Positions 20,008-30,460 of a stretch of 64,000 bases of DNA are shown here, piece after piece; position 1 is the first letter of the stretch; the number at the start of each line of letters is the position of its first letter. This DNA is from Promethearchaeota archaeon. Lineage in GTDB: Archaea > Asgardarchaeota > Lokiarchaeia > Sigyniarchaeales > SOKP01. Where the stretch lies: the NCBI GenBank assembly GCA_030603385.1, contig JAUVXW010000006.1, positions 85,220 to 149,219 on the forward strand, given 5' to 3'. Both the position numbers and the translations under genes were made by a program. The notes under the pieces are model-generated. The model saw only the letters and a program-made list of their open reading frames with translations. It ran no database searches and was not told where the DNA came from.

Positions 20008-20933
20008 CGCTTGTACATCTTTCTTGCATGTTCTGTCCAAGGAAGATACTCGCTATCTGCAACGGCTTTGGGTAATCCTCTTTCTTTCATAGTCTTCAAT
20101 ATATGATAAAACAAGGTTGTTCCGATACCTTTACTTCTGTATTGTGGAAGAACACCGAGAATACCAATTACCCCATCTGAATTGTATTCCATACACCCCA
20201 CCACCTTTCCCTCAAATTCAGCAACTAGAGTTACTTCACCCCACCCTTCTTTATACCAATCGATTACCTGTTCCATAGTTGTATCGTCATCAGGTCTCGC
20301 GGTTACACGAATTTCTCTTATCACAGGAAGATCATCCTTAAATATAATGCGTATATTTGCTTTCGAATTCAAGGTAATTTTTGGTAAGGTTTTTAGTAAA
20401 TCAAATGTAGCAACCATTGTATTTACTTCATGAGGTTCGGTTTTGGAATATTTATCATAATAATGAAAACTTTCATGTTTAAACCCAAGTTTTGTGAATA
20501 AATGTGTTGCTAATTCATTATCATGATAGGCATATGCTATTGCAATTTCAGCACCTATTTTTTTGTAATATTCAATTGTATGTCTTATTAGAGCTTTTGC
20601 GATACCCTTTTTTCTGAATGAAGGTATAACAGCAATCTTACTTTGACCCCGTCCTACCATTGTTTCTACAAAATAAAACACCATGAATTCATTATCCTTC
20701 TTTTTTACCTCTGTAGAACAATGCACATACCCCACAGGTTCGTTTTCTACATAAGCTAGCCAAATTAGGCTTTCTGGGTTTTTTATCCAATTCTGTATAT
20801 CGTTTGGGTTCAGTTTTTGATAGCCATAAAGCATCCCAAATTCTTCAATATACGATTTAAAGGCTGAATTATGAACAATACACACATCTTCAGCTTTATC
20901 TTCTTCATATAGTATAATTGAGATATCAACCAT
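19956..20933 (-). CDS. Tandem (double-domain) GNAT acetyltransferase
   Basis: Two acetyl-CoA motifs, VIPSFRKKGIA and VLPQYRSKGIG. Confidence 0.9.
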   Translation of the reverse strand: MVDISIILYEEDKAEDVCIVHNSAFKSYIEEFGMLYGYQKLNPNDIQNWIKNPESLIWLAYVENEPVGYVHCSTEVKKKDNEFMVFYFVETMVGRGQSKIAVIPSFRKKGIAKALIRHTIEYYKKIGAEIAIAYAYHDNELATHLFTKLGFKHESFHYYDKYSKTEPHEVNTMVATFDLLKTLPKITLNSKANIRIIFKDDLPVIREIRVTARPDDDTTMEQVIDWYKEGWGEVTLVAEFEGKVVGCMEYNSDGVIGILGVLPQYRSKGIGTTLFYHILKTMKERGLPKAVADSEYLPWTEHARKMYKRFNFDLSRELWVWVKKL

Positions 20934-21049
20934 TAAGAATTAAAAAATATTGAATGTAATTTAAAACCTTACTAACTTGGCAGGAAAATTTGAAAACCTT
21001 CATTTCATTTATTTGTAATAACTCCTCAAAATTATAGTAAAAATTTTAG

Positions 21050-21553
21050 GTGGAATTTTTGGAAGTAAAAATCCGCAAAGCAACACCGGATGATGCAGAA
21101 AATATATCATATATATGGGAGATAGTGTGTGCCGAGAGAATTTATACTGCGGTAAGCACACCCTTTACTGTCAAACAAGAAAGCGAATATATCTCCTCTT
21201 TATCAGAAAGAGAAGGAATTTTTGTAGCAGAATTTAATAATAAGATTGTAGGGTTTCTGACTTTGGATCTTTGGTCTAAAGTTATTGATTCTTTCAAACA
21301 TGTTGGGACAATAGGGACTTTCATTCTTCCTGAATGGAGAAGAAAAGGGATTAGTTATATTTTAGCTAGTCATACCTTTGATTTTGCTAAAGCTAATGAT
21401 TATATCAAAATTGTGGTTTATGTACGAAAAGGAAATGAACAGGCAATAAAATTTTATCAGAGTTTAGGATTTCTTATTAAAGGGGAATTAGAGCGTCAGG
21501 TTTTAATTGATAATGTATATGAAAATGAAGTGTTTATGGAAAAATTTCTATAA
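21050..21553 (+). CDS. GNAT acetyltransferase
   Basis: IRKATPDD, LPEWRRKGI and NEQAIKFYQSLGF motifs. Confidence 0.92.
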   Translation: MEFLEVKIRKATPDDAENISYIWEIVCAERIYTAVSTPFTVKQESEYISSLSEREGIFVAEFNNKIVGFLTLDLWSKVIDSFKHVGTIGTFILPEWRRKGISYILASHTFDFAKANDYIKIVVYVRKGNEQAIKFYQSLGFLIKGELERQVLIDNVYENEVFMEKFL

Positions 21554-21567
21554 AAAAAATGCAATTT

Positions 21568-22320
21568 TTAGTTGTTTTGAATTTCGTTTCTTAATCTTAC
21601 CAATCGATCTGGAAAATTTGACATCATAGCGTCTACTGATTGTCCTTTATAATTCATCTTTAGGAATTTTTGAATTGATCTATTAAAAAGTAAGCCCCAC
21701 ACATAGAATTTAAAGCCATTTTCTTTTACCAATTTAAATAATTCAAAAGTAGCAAAGTTATACTTCACATTGATCCCTTGGATATTCAAATCTCTCATAC
21801 TCTCTAATTCCAGATGCTCCTTCTCGTTGGTTGCATATTTTAAAAATATAGTGTTAATCAAAGTTACATTTTTATCAAATTCTCTAATTTTACCAAAGAT
21901 ATCAGGTAGGAGAGAACCATCCATTGCAGTTTTCGCAAGCTCAATTTTATCAACTACTTTGAACTTTCTCGCAATTTCAATTATTCTTATGCCAATTTCA
22001 GGATCTCGTATATCAAAATTATAGCGGATATTATGATTTTTAAATTCACTGAAAAATTCAGGAAGAGTTAGAACTGATTCATTATTATCTAATCTTAAGG
22101 TTCTGATCTCACTACTATCTAAATCCTTAATGGGTACATACTCTCCATTTTTTCTTAGACTTTGCTGAAAACACAAAAATATTTCTCCATCTTTAGATAA
22201 TTGAGCTTCTGTTTTAATACCATCTACACCCATATCGATTGCTTTCTTAAATGATGACATTGAATTTTCGACATCTCTAAAACCTGCACCTCTGTGACCC
22301 CATACAAAAGTTCTATTCAT
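21568..22320 (-). CDS. Glycerophosphodiester phosphodiesterase family protein
   Basis: GHRGA, ENSMSSFKKA, LSKDG and SNFPD motifs. ATG 22320 overlaps the stop of the upstream SCP2 gene. Confidence 0.85.
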   Translation of the reverse strand: MNRTFVWGHRGAGFRDVENSMSSFKKAIDMGVDGIKTEAQLSKDGEIFLCFQQSLRKNGEYVPIKDLDSSEIRTLRLDNNESVLTLPEFFSEFKNHNIRYNFDIRDPEIGIRIIEIARKFKVVDKIELAKTAMDGSLLPDIFGKIREFDKNVTLINTIFLKYATNEKEHLELESMRDLNIQGINVKYNFATFELFKLVKENGFKFYVWGLLFNRSIQKFLKMNYKGQSVDAMMSNFPDRLVRLRNEIQNN

Positions 22321-22852
22321 TATACACCACCCCAACTTCTTGATTAATTTCTGAAACTAAGTCAAGGAGATCAATATATACTACAAAATATTGAAGATCC
22401 CCTTCGACTTTAAGATTACCCTTAAAAAATTCACTATAACTATTTTTTCTCCCAGCAATTATATCGCTCCATACTTCTTGAGAGCATTTAATATTAATTG
22501 TTGCGTCACCTGTTTCACCTTTCCCAACTTTAAATTTACCATTCCCAAATTCTACCCAATAGGCAAAATCTGGATTTCTTAATTTAGTCTGAACAATATT
22601 CGTTTTTAACTCATCTAATTCTTCATGTAATTCTTGATTTTCTTCAGATAAGCGCTCAAATCCACGAAAAATTTCTAATATACTGCTGTTGATACAACAA
22701 TTTTCACAGAGAAATTCATCAAAGGAAACAACACCACACCTACCCATATCACATTCCCATTTGTTTGTTTCACTATTAACTGTAATACTTTGGCTACATT
22801 GCAAAGAAACTGTCTCGATTTTTCTTCCACAATTATTACATACTAGACTCAT
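22313..22852 (-). CDS. Cys-rich N-terminal domain fused to an SCP2 lipid-binding domain
   Basis: N-terminal CNNC...C...CDMGRC...CENCC and C-terminal SCP2 signature FFKGNLKVEGDL. Confidence 0.78.
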   Translation of the reverse strand: MSLVCNNCGRKIETVSLQCSQSITVNSETNKWECDMGRCGVVSFDEFLCENCCINSSILEIFRGFERLSEENQELHEELDELKTNIVQTKLRNPDFAYWVEFGNGKFKVGKGETGDATINIKCSQEVWSDIIAGRKNSYSEFFKGNLKVEGDLQYFVVYIDLLDLVSEINQEVGVVYNE

Positions 22853-23114
22853 ATTTGCATCATCTTTAATTTTAATTTCAATTTATCCAATAATTCCAAC
22901 CTAAATACATTAATTAAATGTTAATGTTATATTTTAAACAGAAACCGTCTGTATTCATAATTTCTTTAAAGTCTTTACAAGAGAATTTTTATAAGTTATG
23001 ATTTTTTAATCTCTTTGAGTGTAAAAACATCTAAAATAGGTAAATAGATTAGTTTAAAAATTAAAAAGTCTCACTTTCTAATCCCCAGATATTATTAATG
23101 AATTTTTTGATACC

Positions 23115-23882
23115 TTATTTATGAACCCCGGGGTCCAAATAAGGAATTTCGGAATAAATGATGTTTGTATGCTTCTTTCGTAATTCTTCCAATAAAGCTT
23201 CTTCGGTAAACTCTTTAATATTCAATAAGGTCCATCCATGGACTCCTCCACCTGCTAAACCATCTGGAGTATGCATATCTGTTCCTGTGATCATACCTAT
23301 ATTATGTTTAATGCAAAAATCATAAGACTCATGATCATAAACATTTTCAGGCTTAGAATCATCATTAATAATTTCAATGTAATCTATCCCCCAATCTAAT
23401 AAAGTTTCGCGAGATGGATGAGTTTTCATTTTAAATTCATATAAACTCCAAGGAATATGATTACATACAACAATACCCTCTTGATCATGGGCTTTATTAA
23501 TCGCTTCAGTAATACGATCATCCGTTGTTTTATAGGAGATCTTGGTTTCCCAATCTGAGACACCTAAAAGATTTAAATGAATTCTATTGGTAGTCCATTC
23601 AATTCCACTTAAAATTAAGAAACCTTTTTCAGCGTATTCATCTCTCACTTTATCAATCTTTTCTAAATGACGCATATTATTATGATCAGTTATAGCTAAT
23701 GCATTATAACCCATTGCAATATGCCATTCAACATTTTGTTTAATCGTAAGTGCACCATCACTACTGAATATCGTATGTGAATGCTGATCAAATACAACAT
23801 TATACTTGGTGTTATCATATCCCGGAGGTGTATGAGGAATAGTATCCTTCCAATCATTATCAGAATAAACCATACGCAACAA
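23115..23882 (-). CDS. PHP-domain metallophosphoesterase
   Basis: DQHSHT, ITDHN, GIEW, NHIP and GTDMH motifs. Confidence 0.9.
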   Translation of the reverse strand: MLRMVYSDNDWKDTIPHTPPGYDNTKYNVVFDQHSHTIFSSDGALTIKQNVEWHIAMGYNALAITDHNNMRHLEKIDKVRDEYAEKGFLILSGIEWTTNRIHLNLLGVSDWETKISYKTTDDRITEAINKAHDQEGIVVCNHIPWSLYEFKMKTHPSRETLLDWGIDYIEIINDDSKPENVYDHESYDFCIKHNIGMITGTDMHTPDGLAGGGVHGWTLLNIKEFTEEALLEELRKKHTNIIYSEIPYLDPGVHK

Positions 23883-24002
23883 ACAGTATTTTTAAGCTCA
23901 GAGTTTTTAATTATTAGTATGAGAATTAAAAATTAAAATATTAATTGAATATTTGTATTTCAGCTTTTATGTGATCTAACTTACTCTTTTATGAATTAAT
24001 AA

Positions 24003-26081
24003 TTAAGAGACATTAAATGTTGTCGTCAAGAGATCCTCCTTGCGTGAAGAGGGTCCAACATATATAATATATTCTATTTTTTCTATAACCCATTCCTTCT
24101 TATCTACGTCATAGTATGCCAGGTCCTCTGCTCTCAGCTTTAAATTAAGAGTTTTCATTTCACCTGGAGTTAGTAAAACTTTAGTAAAACCCTTTAGATC
24201 CTTGACAGGTCGATCTACAGATGGTTTTTTATATCCAACATACATTTGTACGACTTCTTCTCCGGTCATACTACCAGTATTGGACACATCAATGCTTACT
24301 TGAATTTCACCATCAGAATTTATTGTATGCTTATCAATTCTAAGATCATCATATGAAAACGTTGTATAGCTTAAGCCAAAACCAAAAGGAAAAGCAGGTT
24401 CGTATCCTTCTTTATCCATTAATTTGTAGCCATGATAATATCCATATTCAATTTGGGTAGTAGTTCTATCGAAATAGGGAAGTTGATCATCTGATTTTGG
24501 AAATACAGCAGGCAGTTTAGCACTAGGATTAATATCACCAAACAATATTTCCCCCAGTGCCGTTCCACCTTCCATTCCAGGATACCATGACATTAAGATT
24601 GCGGAAACCTTATTCTTCCATGGTTCTACGATTATCGGACCCCCTCCTTCTAAAACTACAATACAATTCTCATTTACTGAAGCTACTGCCAATATCAGTT
24701 TTTCATCATTTTCATATAATCTTAAGGATTTTCGATCTCCCGTACGATCTCTAGTTCCTGATCCTTCTCCCTCATCTAAATGAGTATACCCTGCAATAAT
24801 AATAGAGACATCTGAGTTATTAGCTAATTCTTTAGCCACCTCAAGATCCTCCCCTTCATTGAATATTATATTAATTGCATTTCCCACAATATTTTTTATG
24901 CCTTCAAGTGGAGTTATTACATATGGTGGATAAACTCTGCTGCTTCCGTGATCTCCAACATTAGGTGTGTTTGCTAACGCCCCAAAGATCGCAATTTGTT
25001 TTATTTCATTTCTATTAAGTGGTAATATTGAATTTTTATTCTTTAAAAGTACAATACTCTTTCTCGCAGCCTCTAAGGCTAATTCGGTGTGTTCTTTACA
25101 AGCAATTTTATCCATACTATAAAACTTTGGGTCCTCTTTATGTGCAAATTTGAGTTTTTGCCTTAATATCCTCAAGACACCTTCATCAATTAACTCTTCA
25201 GTGAATCTTCCTTCATTCATGTATCCAATCATCTTATTTGGAGCCATACGCCATTCGAAGGGCATCTCAATATCAACACCCGCATTTAAAGCAAGTGCCC
25301 CATTTCGAATACCCCAGGCAAAATCAGTAATTACAAATCCTTTAAAATTCCAGTCTTTTTTTAATATATCTCGTAAAAGGTGCGGATTATGACCACAATA
25401 TTTACCATTCACTTTATTATAAGCATTCATGATGGAAGCTACACCCGCATCGACACATTGTTTAAAGTGTGGAAGATATACCTCTCTTAAGGTTCTTTCA
25501 TCTATAGATACATCTACCTCAAACCTTGTATTCTCTATACTGTTGCAGGCATAATGTTTAGCACATGCCATAATATGTTTTTGAACTCCCTTTAAGAGTG
25601 CTACACCAAAAGCTCCAAGGTGATATGTATCTTCCCCATATGTTTCTTGGGCTCTTCCCCATGCTGGGTGTCTTAATAAGTTAATACATACACCACCAAA
25701 GTAATTAGCCCCATGTACTTTTGCTTCAATTCCTATTACATCCCCAATTTTCTCCTCTAATTCTAAATCCCATGAAGCTCCTCTTGCCATGGATACAGGA
25801 AAACAAGTTGAACTTCCTATAACAACCCCTCTTGGTCCATCAGAAAAAAGAACTCCAGGGATTCCAAGTTTTTTATCTTCTCCAGCAGGGATAGGTTCAG
25901 CATTATATCTCTTCTGCATTTTTGGCCCACCTTCTGCTAAAGTCCAATCGCCTGACATCTGATATAGTTTTTCCTCCAGAGTCATTATAGAAAGAATTTT
26001 TTTTGCCTTTTCCTCGATCTGATCATCACTTAGGCCTTTTAACTCATCCCAATTTATCCACCTTTCGGAATTTTCTGACAT
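24003..26081 (-). CDS. GH3 beta-glucosidase (cytoplasmic, with Fn3-like C-terminus)
   Basis: SDGPRGV, GRAQETYGED, AKHYACN, VITDF (nucleophile region) and FPFGFGLSYT motifs. Confidence 0.95.
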   Translation of the reverse strand: MSENSERWINWDELKGLSDDQIEEKAKKILSIMTLEEKLYQMSGDWTLAEGGPKMQKRYNAEPIPAGEDKKLGIPGVLFSDGPRGVVIGSSTCFPVSMARGASWDLELEEKIGDVIGIEAKVHGANYFGGVCINLLRHPAWGRAQETYGEDTYHLGAFGVALLKGVQKHIMACAKHYACNSIENTRFEVDVSIDERTLREVYLPHFKQCVDAGVASIMNAYNKVNGKYCGHNPHLLRDILKKDWNFKGFVITDFAWGIRNGALALNAGVDIEMPFEWRMAPNKMIGYMNEGRFTEELIDEGVLRILRQKLKFAHKEDPKFYSMDKIACKEHTELALEAARKSIVLLKNKNSILPLNRNEIKQIAIFGALANTPNVGDHGSSRVYPPYVITPLEGIKNIVGNAINIIFNEGEDLEVAKELANNSDVSIIIAGYTHLDEGEGSGTRDRTGDRKSLRLYENDEKLILAVASVNENCIVVLEGGGPIIVEPWKNKVSAILMSWYPGMEGGTALGEILFGDINPSAKLPAVFPKSDDQLPYFDRTTTQIEYGYYHGYKLMDKEGYEPAFPFGFGLSYTTFSYDDLRIDKHTINSDGEIQVSIDVSNTGSMTGEEVVQMYVGYKKPSVDRPVKDLKGFTKVLLTPGEMKTLNLKLRAEDLAYYDVDKKEWVIEKIEYIIYVGPSSRKEDLLTTTFNVS

Positions 26082-26132
26082 TTTTACACCATTTTTATTG
26101 GTTTTATATTTATTTTTTAAAAATTTTTTAAC

Positions 26133-27062
26133 TCATTTATGTTTTTTTATAAAATATTCTACTTCTTTTCGAGTAGGAATATTCATAGCTCCTTTTCTTG
26201 TTATTTTTACAGCTGAAACAGCGTTAGCGAAATAAGGAATTTTTTCTAAAGGCATATTCGTCAACAATCCAGTTATTAGTCCTGCGGCAAAAGCATCACC
26301 GGCTCCAGTAGTATCGACTACATCAACTTTATATGAGGGAGCAAAGAATTCCTCATCTTTGGTTAGGACAGTTGATCCTTCCGCACCATGAGTTATAGCT
26401 ACGATCGAAGGGCCTAAATCTAAGATAGTTTCAAAAGCTTTTTCTCCTTTTTCTCCTGTTATGAATTCTGCTTCAGTGATAGATGGTAAAAATATATCTG
26501 TATCTTTTAAAACCTTGAAAATGTGCTCTCTAGGGTCTTTAAAATGCCACAAATCATCTCGTAGATTAGGATCGCAAGCTACTTGTAAGCCATATTTTTT
26601 AGCATAATTAATTGCTTTAAAAATCGCACTTCGGGCAGGTTCATCTGCCATTGAAACAGTCCCACACATTAGGAGTTTAGCGGATTTAATGTATTCCTCA
26701 CTTATTTCTTCTTGTGTTAACATAATATCTGCACAAGGAGAACGATAAAATGAAAAGCTAGGATTCCATTTTTCATCCAAACCGACAAATGCGAGAGCAG
26801 TTTTATATTCATTAGTTATTTTAATTTGGCTTATATCTACTTGTTCTTTTTTGAGAGTTTCCAGTAAGAATCTTCCAAAAAAGTCATTCCCTACCTTTGT
26901 AATCACACCTGAGGTTAATCCTAAGCGCTTAATCCCAACTGCGAAGTTTGCTGGTGCACCTCCCGCAAATCGTTTAAAAGTAATTTGTTCCTCTAGGCGT
27001 AGGTCAGGATTATCAGCAATCATATCAATTAATAATTCCCCAATTGCTATTACATCCACCAT
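26133..27062 (-). CDS. PfkB-family carbohydrate kinase (fructokinase-like)
   Basis: GELLID, GGAPAN, DPNLR and DTTGAGDAF motifs. Confidence 0.95.
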   Translation of the reverse strand: MVDVIAIGELLIDMIADNPDLRLEEQITFKRFAGGAPANFAVGIKRLGLTSGVITKVGNDFFGRFLLETLKKEQVDISQIKITNEYKTALAFVGLDEKWNPSFSFYRSPCADIMLTQEEISEEYIKSAKLLMCGTVSMADEPARSAIFKAINYAKKYGLQVACDPNLRDDLWHFKDPREHIFKVLKDTDIFLPSITEAEFITGEKGEKAFETILDLGPSIVAITHGAEGSTVLTKDEEFFAPSYKVDVVDTTGAGDAFAAGLITGLLTNMPLEKIPYFANAVSAVKITRKGAMNIPTRKEVEYFIKKHK

Positions 27063-27152
27063 AAAAATAACACATTTATGAGTATTTTTGCTTAATCCTA
27101 AAATTATCTAATAGTGTATATTATTTATATTGAAATTCTTAAATCTAATATT

Positions 27153-28247
27153 TTAAGAAGGGCATATACTTGTTGCATCATTATCAACAATCGCTTGGAA
27201 TTGACGTTTCGTATTTACTTCGAACAATTTTGTGGCTCTTGGATCACTCCTATCCAACTGAGAATACCCTATAGCAGGGATATATGCATAGCACATCAAA
27301 GATCTTAAATAAAATTGCCAGGCATAATCAAAGTCATAGCCTGTAATTCCTTTTTTTTCTAACTGCTTAATATAATGCTTAACCATATCTCTTTCAATTT
27401 TTCTTCTCAAATCGATTTCAACGCTTTCACCTAAAAGGTATGCAATATCTAAAATACCTCCATTTACAACGGCTGATCCCCAGTCAATGATAATAATTGG
27501 ATTTTCCTTATTATCCCAATCGAAGAACAGATTATCAACCCGAAAATCAAAATGAGAAATAGTCAAATTATCATCTGGTAAATCCATAACCAACCAAGGG
27601 AATTGTTCATAAATTTTCTGTCCAGCTTTCTGACCACCTTCAGGAAGTATTTTTTGGAATTCTTCTGATTTTATTGAAAGATCCCAACTAGTACGATAAG
27701 TATCGACTAAGGATCTTGACACCTCATCCCTAGGTTTAGGCATCCAATCAAATGAAAAAAGATCTGGAGAATCCCACCATCTTGAATGAAATTCAGTTAT
27801 AACATCTATTACTTGTTTAGTTTGTTCTTCATTTAGACCTTTTATTTGGTCTATTTGATCATAACATGAACAATCCTCTAGAATGAGAATATATCTTTTT
27901 GTTTCTTTATCAAAATCATAATGAATAACTCCTGGAACTCGTATTGGGCTTTTTGGTGCTACTTCTGTATAAAATCTAATCTCTCTCTCATATAGATTAT
28001 ATTGTTCAGCAATAGCTAAGGCAGTTCTAAAAGTCGTCGGCATTTTTGCAATCATTGTTTCTGGGGCTTCGGGAGATTCCTTATCATAAGTTATTGTTAA
28101 TCGTGCCATATCACTTACAAATCCTTCCCCTGCGCCCCACGGTTCTCTCGAAATTGATTCGATGTTTATATCTTTGAGATATCCTGAGCTATGAAGAGCT
28201 TCATTTAACCATTCTGAAGTTATTCTTTTTGTTCGTTTAGGTATCAT
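27153..28247 (-). CDS. EcKinase/DUF1679-like phosphotransferase
   Basis: REIRFY, LILED, HFDFRVDN and IIDWG motifs. Confidence 0.85.
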   Translation of the reverse strand: MIPKRTKRITSEWLNEALHSSGYLKDINIESISREPWGAGEGFVSDMARLTITYDKESPEAPETMIAKMPTTFRTALAIAEQYNLYEREIRFYTEVAPKSPIRVPGVIHYDFDKETKRYILILEDCSCYDQIDQIKGLNEEQTKQVIDVITEFHSRWWDSPDLFSFDWMPKPRDEVSRSLVDTYRTSWDLSIKSEEFQKILPEGGQKAGQKIYEQFPWLVMDLPDDNLTISHFDFRVDNLFFDWDNKENPIIIIDWGSAVVNGGILDIAYLLGESVEIDLRRKIERDMVKHYIKQLEKKGITGYDFDYAWQFYLRSLMCYAYIPAIGYSQLDRSDPRATKLFEVNTKRQFQAIVDNDATSICPS

Positions 28248-28352
28248 TTTTCAAAGTTACTTCATCTTTTATTATTAAATCTAGATTTCACCTTGATGCT
28301 TAAAATATTTTCTCTAAAATTAAAAAATTTTATTCTAAATTAGAAAAGAATT

Positions 28353-29201
28353 TTAGAGTAGTCCATATTTTTCTTGCATACTACGGATGAAATCAGCACC
28401 TTCTTTTATAAGCACATCTCCGCTGGGAGCAAGCTGACGCCACACCCATGTATTCATGTTATCTGTCACATCTACAAAACTCTCTAGTGCCGCATATCCC
28501 TGATAGTTAATTTCTGAAAGTGCTTTAAAAATGCCGTCCCAATCAACCAATCCTGTCCCAGGGATGCCACGATCATTTTCACATAAATGGTAATGGATGA
28601 GTTTATCACCGGCAAGCTTGGTGGCTTCATAAAAACTTTTTTCTTCTATGTTCATATGATAAGTATCAAGATGAATCCTCATATTATCTTCTCCAATCAT
28701 GTCTAGTAATTTTAGGGCTTGTTCGCACGTGTTAACAAGATACGTCTCATATCGATTTACAGGTTCAAGAGCGATTGTGACACCTAAAGGTTTAGCATAT
28801 TTTGCAACCTCCTTTAAGCATTCAGCAGAAATTTTCCAAGTTTGTTCTGTTGGCCTATCTCTTGTAACTTTAGTGTGTTGAGAATATATCACACCTGATA
28901 AGCTTATACCACCGACATCATATGTTGCTTTAACACAGGTTTTTAAGTAATCGACGCCTTTCGCTCGAATTTCTGCATTATCACTAGTTATGTCTGTGTC
29001 CTCAAATAAAACTGTTGATGTAACTATATCGAGTCCAACTTTTTTTAATCTTTTTGAAACAGCATCCACATCAAAATCTTCTAATACCATCAAGGGTATT
29101 TCTATAAAATCTAATCCTAATTTTTTTACTCTATCAATCAGATCAAGAGTTTCATTACTCCATTGAGAGCAAAATGCATAGGCATGGATTCCCAACTTCA
29201 T
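28353..29201 (-). CDS. Ketose 3-epimerase (D-psicose/D-tagatose 3-epimerase family)
   Basis: Metal-binding set LEPVNRYE, HLDTYHMNIEE, HLCENDRG and LESF. Confidence 0.88.
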   Translation of the reverse strand: MKLGIHAYAFCSQWSNETLDLIDRVKKLGLDFIEIPLMVLEDFDVDAVSKRLKKVGLDIVTSTVLFEDTDITSDNAEIRAKGVDYLKTCVKATYDVGGISLSGVIYSQHTKVTRDRPTEQTWKISAECLKEVAKYAKPLGVTIALEPVNRYETYLVNTCEQALKLLDMIGEDNMRIHLDTYHMNIEEKSFYEATKLAGDKLIHYHLCENDRGIPGTGLVDWDGIFKALSEINYQGYAALESFVDVTDNMNTWVWRQLAPSGDVLIKEGADFIRSMQEKYGLL

Positions 29202-29274
29202 TTTTCTCCCATTCGAAAATTTTTTTAGAAAGTTTAAATAAAAATAATAATAAAAAGCTCTTTTCTAACGCATT

Positions 29275-30444
29275 CTATCTGTCATAGCTCTTTTTTAAAA
29301 GATTCATAACATCATCGGCGTTCGGTACTATCGCATGATTTGTGTAATCAGGGAGCTGAAAAGTATCTTTAGCTATATCTTTTAATATACTTTCAGATAC
29401 ATTTTTATCTCTAAAGCTCATCCACATTCCGATTTCTTTAAGGAACTTATCCATTTCATCACTGCTTTTTTCTGCCACAATTTCGTCAGATTCATCATTT
29501 AAGGCGGGATTGAATAATCTAGCAACTGTTGCATATTCCTTAATTAAATGTTTCCAAGTCCATCGATTTATTGCCGGGTACATAATAGATAGCGCTTCCC
29601 CATGTGCGACATGGGAAGCACTTCCACCAATGGCCATTCCCATCCCATGCGGTAATGTTACACCCGAATTAGTAATAGCAAGTCCTCCAAGTGTATTTGC
29701 CCAATGGAGTGCTTCTCTGGCTTCTTTATTTTGTCCATCTTTTATTGCAATTGGCAAGTTCTTAATTACAAGTCTCATTCCTTCTAAAGCGTGCATATCT
29801 ATATAATCAGAAGCATTTGCATTATGAGTGTATGCTTCAAATGAGTGACAAAATGCATCCCACCCTGTAGACGCTGTGACATGCGGAGGCAACGTTAGTG
29901 TTAATTCAGGATCGACAATTCCTACAGTTGGACATAATAATTTATCATAAAGCGCATACTTGGAATGTATGTCTGTCTTTGTTAATACAGCAGCAGGAGT
30001 AACTTCTGATCCAGTCCCTGCGGTAGTGGATACAGCAATGATTGGAAGTAATTTATCTTCAATCGGTTTTCCTTCAATTACACGGTATTCCCATGCGTCT
30101 CCTTCATGAGTAACCCCAACTGAAATACATTTAGCAGTATCCATACTTGAACCACCTCCAACTCCTAAAATTACATCTACATTATTCTTCTCACCAATTG
30201 TGACTCCGGCATTAACGTTATCCGTTGTTGGATTGGGTTGTACTCCATTAAAATGAAATACCTCGACTCCCGCATCAGCACATAACTTCTTTATTCTTTT
30301 AAATACGGGTTCAAGAGCAGGAAAAGGTTTAACCGTTACCATTAGGCACCGTTTACCATGTTCTGCTACAATTTCACCTACTTCAGAGACTATCCCCCAA
30401 CCAAATCGAAGATCAGTTGGATTATAATAATTTATATTCCTCAA
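29275..30444 (-). CDS. Iron-containing alcohol dehydrogenase
   Basis: GGGSSMD, TTAGTGSE, DAFCHSFE and HG...HG motifs. Confidence 0.93.
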   Translation of the reverse strand: MRNINYYNPTDLRFGWGIVSEVGEIVAEHGKRCLMVTVKPFPALEPVFKRIKKLCADAGVEVFHFNGVQPNPTTDNVNAGVTIGEKNNVDVILGVGGGSSMDTAKCISVGVTHEGDAWEYRVIEGKPIEDKLLPIIAVSTTAGTGSEVTPAAVLTKTDIHSKYALYDKLLCPTVGIVDPELTLTLPPHVTASTGWDAFCHSFEAYTHNANASDYIDMHALEGMRLVIKNLPIAIKDGQNKEAREALHWANTLGGLAITNSGVTLPHGMGMAIGGSASHVAHGEALSIMYPAINRWTWKHLIKEYATVARLFNPALNDESDEIVAEKSSDEMDKFLKEIGMWMSFRDKNVSESILKDIAKDTFQLPDYTNHAIVPNADDVMNLLKKSYDR

Positions 30445-30460
30445 TTATTTCCACCTATTT

